Source: an uncultured bacterium (GTDB taxonomy: Bacteria > Oederibacteriota > JAAXVQ01 > JAUVAV01). From it: DNA of 64,000 nt. Positions 61,301 through 64,000 of the stretch are shown piece after piece. The stretch's first letter is position 1. Every line of letters begins with the position of its first letter. The notes beneath the pieces are model-generated. The model did no database searches. It saw only the letters and a list, made by a program, of their open reading frames with translations, and was not told the DNA's origin. The position numbers were made by a program, and so were the translations under genes. The stretch covers positions 320,001 to 384,000 of the forward strand of contig CAVQBK010000013.1 in assembly GCA_963710755.1 (NCBI GenBank), written 5' to 3'.

Positions 61301-63030
61301 AATGCACTCGGTGCATGCAAGTTGATTTTTTCATAAGCCGATTGATCGGCAAACACCGCCGCATAATGCTGACCGGGCAGCGCTTTCAAAACGACTTCAG
61401 CACCGGGCTCAAGTCCATACGCTTGCAGCGGCCGGTTGGCCACCACGACTATTTTTTCTGCTTCACCAACCTTGGCTAGAAAAGCACGGACGCCTTTAAC
61501 CGGCGCCTTTAATTCCTGCCATTGCGTAATGTCAAAGCTCAGTGCCTGTTGAGCGCTGACTTTCATGGCCTCTGCACTGGCCGTGGAAAAAAGCAAGGTT
61601 CCCCAAGCCATGCGTTTAAGTTTATTGACGGCCAGGGCTTGCAATTGATCGGCCACAGCCAGAATGGTCTGGTTTTTAGCCAGCAATTGTTCCAGCGGGG
61701 TACGTCGATTCTGCAACAACTCAAAATAAGGATTAACCACGTCCAGACGGGAAACCTGGGGGCGCACCAACAAATAAGTAATATTTCGTTTTCGCAATTC
61801 CTCACTTACTTGCTCAGTATGAAACCCGCCATTAATCATCACGGCCAGCGATTGCTGCTGCGTCTGCATGGCGCTGAGTAGATTATCCACAAATTGCACG
61901 CTGCGCTCGTCCGCCAGGTGATAAAATTTCCAAACCTCATCCAGAGCTTGGTCAAGTGACAGAAGGTTTAATTCCAAGGGCAGCGGTGACATATTTTTTG
62001 GGCTCGTAGCATTAATAAAGTCAAGAAAAGACTGGGTGCGATAGTCGCCGCGATGGCCACGGAAATCAGCCAGTTCCTGCTGGGTGGCGGAAATATTGAG
62101 AAGCTTTTCCATGTTATCGAGGCGGCGGAGGTGCTCATCGAGCTGCTTCTCAAGGTCCGTCGTGTAAAGCCTGATGCGCAAGGCTTGATCAAGATGATCC
62201 AATTCCTGATAGAGTTTTTCCGGATTGGTCTGTGGTCCAAAATAGGTTTGATTCCATTTCAGAAACTGTCGCACTTGGGGATAGTTGTTGAGGTCCAACC
62301 GTTGGCGCCTGGCCTGCCCGTCAAGCTTGGCCGCATAGCCCAGAATATCCAGGTGGCCGTCCCGGTATTTTTCGCGAATCTGATCCAAGCGTTTAAGTTC
62401 CGGTGAATAGAGGGAAGCTTTCAAAGTGCCCAAAGCTTCCCGAAGGTCATAAATCAGACCTTGGGTTTCACTATTTAAAAATTGGCGAACCGTCTTTAAG
62501 CTTTCCTCATATAAGGCCTGGCTTTCAATGCCTTCCAACTTGACGGGAGCCTGACTGGTTACGGCCACATAATCAGCACCACTTAGCCGGCCTTCCTTAA
62601 CCAAATAATCGCTCACCACATTTCTAATTCTTTTCAAAGGAAAGTTGCGGAGCAAACTAGGATTGACAGGTCCGCTGGCGCCTTCGATGGCCACCAAATG
62701 CAACCCTTGGGTTTTGATCAGGTGTTTCAAGGTGGCGGCAATATTCTTTTGCACTTCATAATTGCAGTGCAGATCCTGGATGCAAATAACGGTTTTATTC
62801 CCGCCTTGAAAGGCGCTCTCAATATGAGCCCATTTCTCCGGCACTGTAACCGCCCGGCCCAGGTGATGAATCATCAGCGGCTGTTGGCCGGCGGTGTAGA
62901 GCCCTGGCTCAAAGGCCCAACTCATGATAGGAAATAAAAAACTGATGGTTATAATTAAGGTACAGGTTTTAATGGCCAACTGTCGGCCACCCTGGCGCCA
63001 AGCTAAGATGGACCATAGGAAATTTTTCAT
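46376..63030 (-). CDS. Giant multidomain membrane-anchored protein (about 5,550 aa when ORFs 52660-63030 and 46376-52735 are joined across one frameshift): 2 GHKL ATPases, beta-propeller-like repeats, HExxH peptidase, GH77, GH144/GH189-like domain, repeated TM modules
   Basis: ORFs of 3456 aa and 2119 aa overlap. Adding one base to the A5 run at 52817-52821 restores DFFNLPPQFRINDP (the GH77 C-terminal RIN.P motif) and fuses them. AGGAGA RBS precedes 63030. Confidence 0.8.
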
Positions 63031-63088
63031 GAAAGAGTCTCCTGATTAGGGTTAGTGGAAAATCCGGGTCATATATATGATTATATTA

Positions 63089-63117
63089 AGTATAGATTTT
63101 GGGGCGAAGGCCTGCAA
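63089..63117 (-). promoter_or_regulatory. Putative sigma70 promoter of the giant gene
   Basis: Minus strand TTGCAG-17 nt-TATACT with AT-rich upstream sequence. Confidence 0.55.
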
Positions 63118-63208
63118 TAGAGGGTTCGATTTTATTTGATTTTAATAAATATTATGCTTGCGATGTTTCGAGTTGAAACAGAAGAAGGGTAATATTCAAC
63201 TGTGCTTT

Positions 63209-63239
63209 TTGTAGGGGCCAAAGGTCTAAACCCCTACAA
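63209..63239. repeat. GTAG-type REP-like palindrome upstream of the giant gene
   Basis: TTGTAGGGG-13 nt-CCCCTACAA. Confidence 0.5.
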
Positions 63240-63460
63240 CTAAAGAAGACCACAAAAAACAAACCATTTTATATCCTTAACTTTCGGTCCTTTGCAGCTG
63301 CTTGGGCCCGATACGGGTATGTGTAGGAAAAAGGATTTAAAACAGGTTTAACCCCAAGACACCAAGGCACAAAGGGAAACAACATAAACCGAAGCTATTC
63401 CATGAAGTTAACCTTAGTCTCTCCCCTCCGGCACAGAAAGCTAAACGCTAAACACCGATA

Positions 63461-63835
63461 TTATTTTTTAATAGGCTTTAACACCAATCTTCCATAGGCA
63501 ATAAACGCGCTTAGGGCAGCTACGACCAACCAATAAATCATAGGACCCACCTGGGCCGCGTAACCGGATAAAAGATGCAACCCGCAATAGAACAGCATTT
63601 CGGCGGCAATGAAGGAGGCTGCAATGGGAGCCAGAATAGCCAGACGCTTATTAAAGGCTGGAAGAATCAGGCCCAGACTGCAAAGCAGCTCAACAACACC
63701 CATGGCCAGCCAAAGGCCATGGGGAATGGCTTGCAAGGAAGGTACAGTTTGCGCGGGATTGGAAAACTTCCACGCTGCGCCCATAAGGGTATGCAGGGCG
63801 AGAAGGATTTGAAGAATCCATAGCAGAATGTTCAT
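63461..63835 (-). CDS. DoxX-like family membrane protein
   Basis: MNILLWILQILLA...GAAWK...GVVELLCSLGLILP...FIAYGR; AGGAGG RBS. Confidence 0.85.
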   Translation of the reverse strand: MNILLWILQILLALHTLMGAAWKFSNPAQTVPSLQAIPHGLWLAMGVVELLCSLGLILPAFNKRLAILAPIAASFIAAEMLFYCGLHLLSGYAAQVGPMIYWLVVAALSAFIAYGRLVLKPIKK

Positions 63836-64000
63836 GATGTGCCTCCTGGAAAGTGTTGATGCCACGTACGGGTTTTCTCAAAAACCTCGTGATCCCGTTT
63901 AGAATCATAATGAGATGACAACCAAGATAGTCACCTTCTTGGCAAACACAACCCTATGTACTTTTTTTTACATGTTTTCATCAGGCGTTAGCAAACTATT

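Noticed and set aside
63350-63375. Short CCAAGACACCAAGGCACAAAG direct-repeat motif
   Set aside because: A single degenerate occurrence with no inverted partner; too weak to call an element.

Overview
Bacterial chromosome segment from a Gram-negative (LPS-making) organism, with nearly all genes on the minus strand. The Thr/Pro-linker secreted protein and the giant multi-enzyme protein suggest a poorly characterised lineage such as FCPU426, Elusimicrobiota or Omnitrophota; this is inference only. From left to right: (1) 1-19.5 kb is a surface-glycan locus with 3 GT4s, 2 GT2s, a Wzx flippase, 4 GT-C-like membrane proteins, UDP-glucuronate decarboxylase and a double O-antigen-ligase/TPR protein. 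Several genes in 4.3-9.7 kb carry single-base frameshifts. (2) aroQ, a LysM-M23 peptidase and a secreted beta-propeller/Thr-Pro protein. (3) kdsD-kdsC-lpxL-lptC-lptA-lptB. (4) rpsU-dnaG-rpoD-tRNA(CAU). (5) A CHASE2 adenylate cyclase / FecR / outer-membrane-barrel cluster, mtaB and a V4R gene pair. (6) A 16.6 kb giant gene (46376-63030) split by one frameshift, about 5,550 aa when joined. It strings together two GHKL ATPase domains (one with permuted motif order), a 9-repeat beta-propeller-like region, an HExxH metallopeptidase, a GH77 amylomaltase, a GH144/GH189-like glucanase and a repeated 4-TM module, and is flanked by REP-like palindromes. The giant protein is the most striking candidate for an undescribed system.
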